A stretch of 64,000 bases of DNA, from assembly GCA_951406725.2 (NCBI GenBank), contig OX597820.1, positions 44,516,001-44,580,000 on the forward strand, read 5' to 3'. Positions 12,276 to 24,540 of the stretch are shown here, piece by piece. Both the position numbers and the translations under genes were made by a program. The notes below the pieces were generated by a model, which ran no database searches, was not told the origin of the DNA, and worked only from the letters and a program-made list of their open reading frames with translations. Origin of the DNA: Octopus vulgaris. Lineage: Eukaryota. Position 1 is the first letter of the stretch. Each line of letters opens with the position of its first letter.

Positions 12276-12932
12276 GGAGTGGCTGTGTGGTAGGTAGCTT
12301 GCTTACCAACCACATGGTTCCGGGTTCAGTCCCACTGCGTGGCACCTTGAGCAAGTGTCTTCTACTATAGCCTCGAGCCGACCAAAGCTTTGTGAGTGGA
12401 TTTGGTAGATGGAAACTGAAAGAAGCCCGTCGTATATATACAGGGTGTCCCAGAAGTCGCGCACCACCCTGTTTTTTTAAAAGAATACACCTTTACTGAT
12501 TTCAAAAGCACGTTATTGAAATTAATCATAACAAATGCTCAAATTGAGCACCCTCGACAATAAAACATGCAGAAAAAATATAATAAAATAATGCTTTAAT
12601 TATTTTAAATGAAAACCAGAATCGGGCGCGACTTCTGGGACACCCTGTATATGTGTGTGTATGTATGTATGTATGTATGTATGTATGTATGTATGTATGT
12701 ATGTATGTATGTATATATGTATGTATATACATATGTGTATGTGTGTGTATATGTTTGTGTGTCTGTTTGTCTCCCCAACATCGCTTGACAACCGATTCTG
12801 GTGTGTTTACGTCCCCGTAACTTAGCGATTTGGCAAAAAGACCGATAGAATAAGTCCTGTGGTCGATTTGTTCGACTAAAGGCGGTGCTCCAGCATGGCC
12901 ACAGTCAAATGACTGAAACAAGTAAAAGAGAG
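12276..12932 (+). mobile_element. SINE family A interrupted by a MITE
   Basis: Head 12276-12435, MITE 12441-12647 in the internal TA tract, body and tail to 12932. Confidence 0.88.
12441..12647. mobile_element. Tc1/mariner-type MITE (207 bp)
   Basis: TA|CAGGGTGTCCCAGAAGTCGCGC ... GCGCGACTTCTGGGACACCCTG|TA: perfect 22-bp TIRs with a TA target duplication. Confidence 0.92.
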
Positions 12933-12969
12933 TGGAAGAGAGAGTATATATATATATATGTGTGTGTGT

Positions 12970-13000
<31 letters not shown>

Positions 13001-14339
13001 GTGAAAATAAGATGGGTGCGTGGCGTTACATTAAGCAGAAGCACGACTAAGAAAAGAAAGGAAAATTCATAAATAAGGCATGGACATGCTCTTTCTTCGT
13101 CAGTTATCTGAAAAATGTCAGTACAGTTTCGTGCCTTTAATAATTGGTGGAGTCAAGAGCGTAAAACTGCTGTGAATAGTGAGCGACCGTTGATGACAGT
13201 AACGCAAGTAAGCATCATACATAAATGTGAATATACAAACAGAATAAATATAAAATATACAAACAAAATAAAGGCTGTGCGGCCTTAAGATAAGACATAT
13301 GTATAACTAACGCAATGAAAAATGACCTGTAAGAATGGAAAGGGAAAGTGGACAGATAGAAAGATAGAACGTGAAAGATAGAAAAATAGAAAGGTAAAAA
13401 ACAACAAACGGTGAAAAATCAAAACCTGTTTAGAGTAGAGAGAGAAGTATGACTGAATGAGTCGGGAATGGTCAACATGGGGATGGTCAAACATGGGGGT
13501 GGTTAAGAGACAGGAAGCAACACACGCACGCACACGCACACAGAGAATTGTATATAATTGTTTCTACTATCGACACAAGGAATTAAAATTTTGGTGGGTG
13601 GTGGGTAGTCGATTACATCAACCCCAATACCCAATTGGCGTTTTATTTTATCAACACCGAAAGGATGAAAGACAAATTCGACCTCGGCGGAATTCGAACT
13701 CAACTTAATGACAGACGGAGTGCTGCTGAGCATTTTGTGTTGTGAGAGAGAGAGGGGGGGTGAAGAGAAAGATAGAGAGAGAGGGGGGGAAAATAAAGAG
13801 AGAGAGAGGGAAGAGAGAGAGAGAGAGAGAGAGAGTGACGGCAAAGGAGAAAACTAGGATTGGGAAGCAAACACGTGCGCGCGTACGTGTTTGTGGGTGT
13901 GTGCATGTGTGTGCGTGTGTTGTGTGTGTGTGTGTGTGCGTGTGTGTGTGTGTGAAGGGTTTTTTTTGCATTACTGTAGTATACAATCAGCTGTGTGCAA
14001 TTCCGATCTGTTATTTATTCCAGTGCTGTATTTGTTGATTAAAATTGATTCTTTTATCCTTAAGTTTCCAATGTTTCTTTCCGTGGTTCCAATGGAAACT
14101 GGGTTGTCATAAGTGTTGCTTATGCACTGGGTGTTCTTTAATCCGTATTTGAACTTGTTTTGTGGTACTTTCCATGTATATACTATATAAAGCTGTAAGG
14201 CAGCGAGCTCGGTAGAATCGCTTGCACACAAGACAAAATTGCTCAGCATCACTTCGTCAACCTTGAGTTCAAATTCCGCCGAGGTCGAATCTGTCTTTCA
14301 TCCTTTCGGTGTTGATAAAATAAATGCCAATTCGTAGGC

Positions 14340-15070
14340 ATAACCACATCCTTCTTCTCATGAGACTGTAAGTTTGGTCGAGATTATTTTCCAAGCCTTT
14401 TCAGACCACAAAACTACATCTCGCCTCAGGGTTCTGTGGACAACTTGGAGAAACTATAGTCTTTCCCTCATATCCACTTTCGTATCCCGTGATTGGGCCC
14501 CATTTGTCCTACATGGCTTTCTTCTTTCGCGAACTTGACTGCTGCTGTTGTTTTCCCCTGTGATGGTGTCTCTTAAGCCTTTTCTGTTCCAGGGCGCGTA
14601 AGAGTGTTGCAAGCAACTGGTCATGGCACCACTTGAATCTCCCTTGAGTAAGTGCTATTTTACACTCTGGTAACATGTGTGCCAGGCTGCTCCTTTTTCA
14701 CAAAGTCTACACAGCTAGTCTCCCGTCAAACTCTATCTGTGCCGGTTTTTGGCATTGGGAGTTTGTTATACACCACCAGAAGCACGATGGGGATGTGGAT
14801 AAGTTCCAGTCTCAAAAGGTCTGCCCATGTGGCCTTCCTCTTTAGTCCAGGTACCATAAGATACCAGCTCTTGACCTTCTTCTTTATTTTTCCTGGCTCC
14901 GTACTTCTATGTGCATCATGGTACTCTTTTCTTTGATGTCCACTTTCTTCCATTGTTGGGGGAATAGCAAGATCCGAGACCCTGCCGACCTCTGCATGTA
15001 ATTCCAATAATGTTACGAGGCTTTAACATGCTTTCAGTTCCAGATCTTTAGCTTGGTTTGTTTTAATTAT
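14340..15070 (-). mobile_element. HERO-clade non-LTR retrotransposon fragment
   Basis: Minus strand reads ATWADLLRLE..VYNKLP.P and LRRDVVLWSEKAWKIISTKLTVS*EEGC, matching the HERO pattern LRPDxVLWS...ELTVPWEE. Confidence 0.7.
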
Positions 15071-15417
15071 CAAAGTCAAGGTCATGCTGGAGCATACAAA
15101 ATACATTCGCAGACTGAAGATAGAAAGATGTACGATTCGATAAATATAGAAGGAAACATAAGAGAGGAGAGGTTTTTGTAATATTTGTGCCTCTATCTTT
15201 TATTTTTGTTTTTGCTTCCCAATCCTAGTTTTCTCCTTTGCCCGTCACTCTATCTCTCTCTCTCTTTCCTTCTCTCTCTCTCTATCTTTCTCTTCACCTC
15301 TCTCTCTCTCTCTTTCTCTCTCTCACACTTTTAAGTTTTATCATCTTGTCTATTTTCGCTCACATTTTCTAATTTTATCCTGCCTTCCCTTTCTATTTCT
15401 CTCTCTCTTTCCTTCTT

Positions 15418-15450
<33 letters not shown>

Positions 15451-15739
15451 TACACCCTATCTGGTTTTTAATTGTTAAATGCCTGTCTGGTTATTGATTT
15501 ATTTCTCTCTCTCTCTCTCCCTCCCTCTATTTATCTCTCGCTTGCTCGCTGGCTCTATCAAATCCGTCATCACGTACCTCAGGTGCATTAAGTGTTGTTT
15601 TTTATTATCAAAGTTGTTTTCAATGAATGTGATTAGTTTTGCAATTACGACCACTATATATGCGCGCGCGCGTGTGTATGTGTGACTGCGCATGCGTGGC
15701 GTGGCTGTACACGCGTAGAGATCCATTGTCTGCCCTACT

Positions 15740-15815
<76 letters not shown>

Positions 15816-16186
15816 ACTTCTGTCTCTCTTTGTGTGTATGTGTATGTGTGTGCTTAATGTGTCATATGTGAGAGTTACAGATGGCTAAGTTGAACAGGTA
15901 CTCGAAAGTATCAAAAGTTCTGACCACAGCGTATTCTATTGCTATGCTGCGAATGACCCAACAGAAGCAATTAAGTAAACCCGTCGAAACCCACCCACCT
16001 ACCCTCACTTCGCTGTGACCATTGCAGTGGAATATGAAGCATATCACCAATCCAAGAAGCAAGAGCCCTATATGATTGTGTCTCGTGGTTTCAGGCGACA
16101 CCGTTTTCAAACTTTACAATTAATATAGTATAGTTTGGGGAGAGACAGATCAGCTTCCATCCCCGCCCCTACAACAGAATTCTCCC

Positions 16187-16590
16187 TTTCTCTTTTACTT
16201 GTTTCAGTCATTTGACTGCGGCCATGCTGGAGCACCGCCTTTAGTCGAGCAAATAGACTCCAGGACTTATTCTTTGCAAGCCTAGTACTTATTCTATCGG
16301 TCTTTTTTGCCGAACCGCTAAGTTACGGGGACGTAAACACACCAGCATCGGTTGTCAAGTGATGTTGGGGGGGGGGGGACAAACACAGACACACACACAT
16401 ATACATATGCATATAAATATATACATATATACGACGGGCTGCTTTCAGTTTCCGTCTACCAAATCCACTCACAAGGCTTTAGTCGACCCGAGGCTATAGT
16501 AGAAGACACTTGCCCAAGGTGCCACGCAGTGGGAATGAACCCGGAACCATGTGGTTGATAAGCAAGCTACTTACCACATAGCCACTCCTG
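16187..16590 (-). mobile_element. SINE family A, full-length copy
   Basis: Colinear with 5766-6177. Confidence 0.9.
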
Positions 16591-16932
16591 CACGTATTGT
16601 TCATGAATTTGTAAATGAATGCAGTGAAGTAAGGTAGAGTATCGAGTGAATCGTTAGTGCATCAGGATAGAATACTTCGCAGTGTTTGTTTAAATTTTTT
16701 TGTTCCTGACTTCAAATCCCGCAGAAGTCGACTTTGCCTTTCATCCTTTGTAGGGTCGACAGAAAAATATAAAGTAAGCTTGAGAAGCTCGCTTTGCAGC
16801 CACATAGTTTCGGGTTCAGTCCTACTGTGCGGCACATTGGACAAGAATACTTTCTACTATAGTTCCTAGGGCTGACCAACACCTTCTAAGTGAATTTAGT
16901 TGTTGGGAATTCTGTGAAAGCCCGTTATATAT

Positions 16933-17275
16933 ATACTATACTAATAATTATATGCATAATTATAACAAGGGATCGGAAACAAACCTCTCCACGTGCTGAA
17001 AATAGGCTTCAAAAGACGCTACAAAACACCTTGAAAAATCCCAAACACAGGTTGTAGGCTAGAAAAACTTTGCTCGCCTACAACCTGTGTTTTGGGAGTT
17101 TTTAAGGTGGGTTTTAGCGTCATTTGGTGTCTATTTTCAGCACGCGGAGAGGCTTGTTTCCGATCCTTTGTTATATAATTATTAATATAGTATTTAGAAA
17201 ATTTACCTACAGGTTTTTATTTTCGTGCTGACCACCTGATAAAATTATGAATGATTTTATCCTTTATTATATAAT
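16933..17275. repeat. Foldback (about 130-bp arms) + tail of about 80 bp between TA-rich tracts
   Basis: 16933-17066 pairs imperfectly with 17069-17193. Confidence 0.9.
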
Positions 17276-17292
17276 ATATAAATATATATATA

Positions 17293-17650
17293 CAGGGATT
17301 GTACAAAATAATGGAAACACCCAGCATCATAGCATCATAATTTTGAAATATCTATAAAACCGTCAAAAGCTTGTTTATCTTTATGTTTTTTTATTTATTA
17401 TTAGTGTTGCTTAATATGGTTTTCTAAAATTGCTGTTTCTTTTCAGATATCATTAGAAAAAGGCAATTAAAATTCATTAAAATGACAGATCTATCGGACT
17501 TTCAAAGAGGTCAAATTGTTGGTGCTCGAATGGCAGACGCTAGCGTAACAAAAACAGCCGAAATGTTTGATGTATCAAGTAGTACTGTCTCGAAAGTAAT
17601 GACTGCCTTTGAGAAAGAGGGGGAAAATATCCTCGTCGAAACAAAACTCC
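17293..17650 (+). mobile_element. Tc1-like transposon, left end and N-terminal transposase fragment
   Basis: TA|CAGGGATTGTACAAAATAATGGAAACACC TIR. ORF 17482 reads MTDLSDFQRGQIVGARMADASVTKTAEMFDVSSSTVSKV, a Tc1 paired-like HTH. Truncated. Confidence 0.85.
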
Positions 17651-17734
17651 CAAAATTACTGCAGAGCGAGATATGCATACGAAATGTCGGGGACCACTTG
17701 TAAATTCAATATTCCCACGAAACTTCTATGAATT

Positions 17735-17884
17735 CCAGATGGAACCGCGAATGGCTCGCTATCTCTAGTGACCTCGCACAGGACCGTCGAGCGTGGGCCG
17801 CCATGGTTCGTGATGCCGTCAGGACCAGAGAAGAAGCCGGCTCAACCCGCCCTGGGTGAACACCGTCACAAGTACAAGTAAGTA
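17735..17884 (+). mobile_element. RTE LINE 3' end
   Basis: Reads DLAQDRRAWAAMVRDAV...STRPG* followed by a (CAAGTA)n tail. Confidence 0.65.
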
Positions 17885-17889
17885 TTCCC

Positions 17890-18395
17890 CTTTATCTCCT
17901 CGATTTCATTGCTTACCGCCTCTACACGGCTTCGTGCTACGTTTTCAGACCGCATTTATTTTGTTTACGTGCGATTTATTTTAATACCTACAGCTGAGCT
18001 ATAGGTATCCAGCTTTGTCGGCATAGTCTGAAACTGATTTGTGGCTTCGGCTATGAGTACTATGGCAGCTTCAAATTGAAGGTGTGTTAGTGATTCGCTG
18101 TTGATGTTCACGCCACCTGTCTTGTCAATGTCTCAAATGGCCATTTCGAGAAATTCAGAGAAGAGCTTGGTAGAGATAGTATCTCTTTGTCTGACGCCTT
18201 TCTCAATAGGAACTTTTACTAGTGGAAATAGCAGAGCTATATCAATGGTGCATCAAGAGTTCGTAGCCCTAAGCAATTTGGTGTATTGCACTTCAACTCC
18301 TTGTATTTCCAAAGATTTCAGCACTGCGTACTTTTCGATGCTGTCGAAGGCCTTTTCGTAGTCGACAAAAGTGATGCACAAAGATAGCTTTCTCT
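17890..18395 (-). mobile_element. RTE-clade reverse transcriptase fragment
   Basis: Minus strand reads FVDYEKAFDSIE...KGVRQRDTISTKLF...GVNINSESLTHLQFEAAIVLIA (degenerate FADD region). Confidence 0.85.
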
Positions 18396-19299
18396 CATTC
18401 TAAATATATATGATGCGACGCAGCAAAGCAGGAGTCCAACTAAACAGAAGCAGAAAAGTCATCCCAGAGTCGAGAACGGTGAAAAAATGTTGTTGATGGC
18501 CTTTGTCTCCATAGGGAGAGATGTGCTTAAATAAATAAGTAAGCACCATTAGAGATGCCATCCACAACCAACCTGTTCTTTTTTTTTTTTTTTCATACTG
18601 AGTCTAGGATTACGTTATATTGTATATTTTCTTGGACTTCGATGATTTTGATACACTTGCAAATGTTTTGTATTTGTTTTGCCCGCGTAGGAAATAAAAT
18701 ATTTATTATTGTTGTTGTCGTTGTTGTTTGCCATGAGCAGACGACGACTGTAACAGGGATTTTGGAATGATAGTATTTTTACAACGTTTACTTGAAGGAA
18801 AAAGAGTTTTATTTTATTTTATTTTATTTTTATTTTTCCATTTTACCAACAAAGAGCTTTAGAACATTTGAGCGTCCATTCCATTACTCTGGGGGGAAAA
18901 ATAGAAAGATTTGTCGTTATTTATTTATTATATTGTTGCAAACATCTATTGTGTTTGTTTACTAATGATTTAATATTGCATCATCTGGGAGAGCGAGAAG
19001 ATTTGATGGCAACGAATACACTTCCAAAAACAAATTTGAACATTTTGAAACAAAGAAAACAAAACAAAATCAATGATAAACAGAGAAAAATGCGATTTGA
19101 ACAAACAGGCACTGTTGTAAACACATTCACACTTTGACAAATATAAATAGCAAAGCACAAACTTTAATAATAAAGCTATAAAAAACGACAGCCATTCAAT
19201 TTTTGTTTTGCGGCGCGAACCAGAAGTCACTAGACATGGGTCGGTTACAGGAAAAGCAAAAAATGATGCAGGAAGAACGGTATGAAAAACTGTCTTCGT

Positions 19300-20180
19300 T
19301 ATTTCATATCATATAGATTTGCCATACAGGCATTACAGAGAGGGGGCAAACAAGGACAGACAAACATAAAGGGTGAAGAAGCTTTTACGTTTTAAAAATG
19401 TCAAATCAATCGGATGAAAAAATGAATCGATAAAATATGCAATAAAAATTTTAAATTTTGAATAAGTCATTGTGTTCCGCAATGAAGAGCGTTGAAAGAA
19501 AGGCACCCGGCCATCTGGGTAGAACCTTTACTCTTTAACCCGACCTCACTTACCTGGTGCCAATCGCACCCAGCTTGCTCACCACAGGCTTCCATCTTTT
19601 CACAAACATATCTCGTGACAGACACTTCTCCAGCCTGATCTTACTACCGAGGTAGTAACTAAAAAAGTTAACCAACCCCTGGCCAGAGACAAAAGTACCT
19701 ATCATTATACCTTTCACACGCGTCTTCCATACTGCTTCTTTCAGTATGACTACTACGCAGAGAAAACAAGTCTTCCTTTCCCTGTTAAGGAAAGGAGGTG
19801 ACACAATCTCGATGATAGTCTCAGCTGTACTCTTCCCATCGCTGACAGCAATTGTTCAACAAAAGTTATCAGTCCCGATAACTCCGGACACTCCACGAAT
19901 GCGTGCAAGACGGTTTCCCTAACTTGCCCACATCACGGGCATGTCGGCGAGACGGTACTCCCATACCTTTGCAGCTTGTCACGAACAGGTAACGCCGCAC
20001 GAAAGCACTGCCAAGCCAGGGATTTTTGGTAATTATCCAGATACCCCGGCCCGAACGTTCTCCTGAACAGGTTGACCAACTGATTTTCATCGTAGTCAAA
20101 GGTCTCCCCCAAGGTGTCTTCTGGCATAGATTCCACTAACCCGCTATAGAAATCCGAAAACAGTGTCTTCTTGCCTAACG
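19300..20180 (-). mobile_element. Tx1-clade (L1-like) LINE 3' fragment with 3' UTR
   Basis: Reads LAWQCFRAALPVRDKL...TCP*CGQVRETVLHAFVECP (zf-RVT), then AVWKTR...FVKRW. A second, more decayed piece lies at about 20600-20950. Confidence 0.75.
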
Positions 20181-22364
20181 AATTTCTCCAGGGAAAAACA
20201 AGAAGAAAATTAACAAACCTGTGTATGTTTTTTTTTTTTTTTGCCTGTTTAAAAAAACAGTTTCTATATTCCCTCGAAAATGGATTCAGGGAAAATTTGA
20301 GCCATTTTGTAGAAAGCCATGAGTGGCCTTGAAGATTGGAGGTGCTTACTGAGAATACATGCATTCATTTTTGTCTTTTTCGCTACTGCCACCTACCATT
20401 TAACAAACTTACCTAGAGAAAGTGCCGCCCTCTCTATCCTCACCTTCCTCTCCAAGTAACCTTGGAAATTGTGTCTTCAAACATTTCGGTTTTGTTCATT
20501 GCACAATATCGTTGGCTATAGCTACGGCACATAGGATTACTGCCTTCTTTTTTCGTGCAATTAAATGAAAGGCTACGAGATCTACATGATGAAGCCAGGT
20601 GATAGCCAAATTCGTCCCTTATCCAAGAGCAGATGTTCAACAATTCTCTACAGATCAGTAATGTTCGGATGCTGAACGAATGCATGCAGAACAGTTTCAT
20701 TGTTTTGTACTATTTCAGACAGGCTGGTCTGACGGCACTTTTATGCCTGTAGAGTTTATCTCGAACCGGTATTATCTCTACCTCAGTAGCGCTGTTGAGA
20801 AATGGATTTCTGGAAATCATCTATAGATTCCACGTGGAACAGACCAGTCATTTCATTCTCCTCGATACTTAGTCCCCTATAGCTTTCTAACGTGGATTTT
20901 TCTCCAACAGACATTATCCGACTGGTAGGGAGCGGTGAAAACATACTGTAAGAATTGACCTTCATGATCAAAGTAATCCTACATCCGTGGAGTTCCTTGA
21001 TTGGCCCTAAATTAAGACCCTCCTGTCTCAAAAAGACAGTAAAATCACTTATTTGTATATATTATGTGTACTTTTATTATTCGTTTGTTTGTTTTTTTCT
21101 TTTATCTCGTACGATTTCTGTGTAATGTATCCTTTTTCCGAAGCCTTTGAGGTTAATGAAAAAAAGAATCATTAATATTGTTGATTGTCAGAATCGTTTG
21201 AATGTTAGAATCGTTTGATTTTCAGAATCGTTTGATTGTCAGACAAAATATCATGAGATACTTCTGATTTTTATGTTCTGAGTTCATATCCAGCCGAGGT
21301 CACTTTGCTTTTCATCCTTTCGGTATTGATATAATCGACTCACCCGCTCCATATAAAACTGCTGGCCTTGTGCCAAAATTTGAAACCATTTATGAAGACG
21401 GCGAGCTGGCAGAATCGTACACAATGCTTGGACACAATGCTTAGCAGCATTTCTCCTTACTCTTTATATACTAACCTCAATTAACACCGAAGTCAACTTT
21501 ACCTTAGATCCTCTTGGGATCGATAAAATAAGAACCAATAGATCATTGTTGTCGATGGTATTGACTAATTCTTTCCCCATCAAAATTGCAAGGCTTGTGC
21601 CAAAAATTTCAAATTTTAGAAGGCATCTACATGGCAGAATCGTTAGCACGCCGGACAAAATGCTGAGTGCCATTTCTTCAGCTTTTACGTTCTGAGTTCA
21701 AATTCTGCCGAGGTTGCCTTAGCCTTTCATCCTTTCTGAGTCGATAAAATGAGTACTAGTTGAGCACTGAAGGGGTCGATGTAGTCGACTAGACTTCTCC
21801 CTCCAAATTCCCGGCCCTGTGCCTGTAGTTGTAGTAGTAGAAGTAGTAGTGCTGGTAGCGGTGGTAGCGGTGGTAGCGACGGCGGTGGTCTTTTTGCGTG
21901 CTTTTCCTTCATAAACCAATGTTCTATGTTTCTTGGGAACGGGTTGTGTTTTGTTTCGGTTTTACGTTTGCTATAGTTTTGAAAGTATTCTAATATATTT
22001 AGTGTCTAGTACAGTTGAGTTAATTTTTTATATTTTGTATATACGTGTAAGTCTATGGGTTTAGGTTAGCCATTATCTATCCTCGTCTTTTTTTTTATCA
22101 TTCTCAAGGCGACTATTATTACTTTTTTTTTTAGGGTATTTTTTTCTATTTTTCAGTATTCGCTTTCTGATTTTGTTTTCAAAGTTCTATTATCGGTTGT
22201 TGGAATTGATAGTTCGATTAGGAGAGATTTCTTGACGTGGTCGTCTGCAGTAATAATATTTTAACGAGTTGCCTTTAGTCACCCTGTCTGTATGAACTGG
22301 CATATCTCGGAACAAATTTACTTAGTTATTCCAATGAAGCCTTTTGTATTTGTGTTTATTTATA

Positions 22365-22966
22365 TATTTCTTTACTACCCACAAAGGGGCTAAACATAGA
22401 GAGGACAAACAAGGACAGACAGACGGATTAAATCGATTACATCGACTCCAGTGCGAAACTGGTATTTTATTTATCGACCCCGAAAGGATGAAAGGCAAAG
22501 TCGACCTCGGCGGAATTTGAACTCAGAACGTAACGGCAGACGAAATACCTATTTCTTTACTACCCACAAAGAGGCTAAACATAGAGAGGACAAACAAGGA
22601 CAGACAAACGGATTAAATCGATTACATCGACTCCAGTGCGAAACTGGTATTTTATTTATCGACCCCGAAAGGATGAAAGGCAAAGTCGACCTCGGCGGAA
22701 TTTGAACTCAGAACGTAACGGCAGACGAAATACCTATTTCTTTATTACCCACAAGGGGCTAAACACAGAGGGGACAAACAAGGACAGACATAGGTATTAA
22801 GTCGATTACATCGACCCCAATGCGTAACTGGTACTTAATTTATCGACCCCGAAAGGATGAAAGGCAAAGTCGGCCTCGGCGGAATTTGAACTCAGAACGT
22901 AACGGCAGACGAAATACCGCTAAGCATTTCGCCCGGTGTGCTAACGATTCTGCCAGTTCGACGCCC
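22365..22966 (-). mobile_element. SINE family B concatemer (head + three 185-bp units) with 18-bp TSD
   Basis: Units start at 22365, 22550 and 22735. TATTTGTGTTTATTTATA flanks it at 22347-22364 and 22967-22984. Confidence 0.92.
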
Positions 22967-23493
22967 TATTTGTGTTTATTTATAACCCCTCTTATCCTCT
23001 GTGTATTTTATATTGCTGATATAGTTTCCAGCTTTCTCATATCTCTTTACATAACTTCTTTAGATTGTTAGTCTTTCTATTTGCAGAAGAGCCCTGTCTT
23101 TCTGTGTTCATAATAAACATAAACTTTCTGGAGACTTTTAAATGTAAATCTTATTTTTCTTGTTTCAAAAATTACGTCTAGATACCAATTAGCTTATTTT
23201 AGTCGTTTAACATACTTTTTAAATATTAATCTATAAACCATGATAATCCTTCGTGTCATTTCCTTTCATTTAAGTGCGTTGTACTCTGTCTTGTTCCTTT
23301 ATTCATAAGTATGTGTCACGCGGTATTTGATCACATCATCATCATCATCACCATTATTATTAGGGCGGCGACCTAGCGCAATCGTTACCACGTCGCACAC
23401 AATGCTTAACGGCAATTCTTTCAGCTTTTTTTTTCTTTCTTGCGTTCTGAGTTCTAATTCGACTTTTCTTTTCATCTTTTTGGAGAGCATAGA

Positions 23494-23745
23494 TAAGTTA
23501 AGTTAATTTTGGGGGGCTCACAAAGCAAAAAGCAAGGCCATGTTGGGGGACATGGAGTTATGTATAGGGTGGTGTTCATGCAAAGAGTTCAGGCCATTTC
23601 TGGTCAAGAGAGACTTTGAACCGAGCGGTCGTCGGCATCTTCACTATCTCGTCCGGCAGCTTATTCCACGGATCCGCAACCCGGACGGAGAAAGCCCCTC
23701 TCCTTCGTTTGAGATGAAATCGTCGCAGATAGAGCTTTTCGGTCA
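23494..23745 (-). mobile_element. CR1-clade LINE 3' end
   Basis: Minus strand reads KLYLRRFHLKRRRGAFSVRVADPWNKLPDEIVKMPTTARFKVSLD, followed by a short 3' UTR with an (AACTT)n tail. Confidence 0.8.
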
Positions 23746-23779
23746 AGTACAAGGGACAATATAATCAACTAACTTCTCA

Positions 23780-24242
23780 AGGTGGCGAGCTGGCAGAATC
23801 GGTAGCACACCGGGTAAAACACATAGCGGCATTTCGCCCATCACTACGTCCTGAGTTCAAATTCCGCCAAGGTCGATTTTACTTTTCATCCTTTCGGAGT
23901 CAATGAAATGAGTACCAATTGAACACTGGGGTCGATGTAATCGACTCATCCCCTCCCCCAAAATTGCTGCCCTTGTGGCAAAAATTTGAAATCATTATTA
24001 TTATTGTTGCCATTAAGACGGCGAACTGACAGAGTCGTTGCCGCGACAGACAAAATGCTTAGCGGTTTTTCGTCCGTCTTTATGTTACGAGTTCAAATTC
24101 CACCACGGTCAACTTTACCTTTTATCCTTTTGGGGTCGATAAGATAAATACCAATTGAGCACAAAGATCAATGGAACCAACTTACTTCTTCCTCCGAACT
24201 TGCAGGCCTTGTGCCAAAATTTGAAACCATTATTATTATTTT

Positions 24243-24324
<82 letters not shown>

Positions 24325-24540
24325 AAGGCGGCAAACTAATAGAACCGTTAGAACACAGGTCAAAATGCTTAGCGGCATTTCATCCGTCTTTACGTTCTGA
24401 GTTCAAATTCCGCCGAGGCCAACTTTTCCTGTCATCCTTTCAGGTCGATAAAATAAGTTCTAATTGAGTACAGGGCTGATGTAATCGACTAGCCCCTCCC
24501 CTTTAATTTCAAGCCTTGTACTTATAGTAGAAAGGATTAT
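23780..24540 (+). mobile_element. Three SINE family B copies in tandem, separated by trinucleotide microsatellites
   Basis: Head GGCGAGCTGGCAGAATCGTTAGCAC...GAGTTCAAATTCCGCC, body GTCGACTTTGCCTTTCATCCTTTCGGGGTCGATAAAATAAGTACC. Other copies at about 13560-13735, 14195-14330, 21230-21830, 25835-25995, 28100-28218, 30048-30260, 37080-37270, 39716-39930, 47179-47435, 47808-48020 and 58230-58430. Confidence 0.88.
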
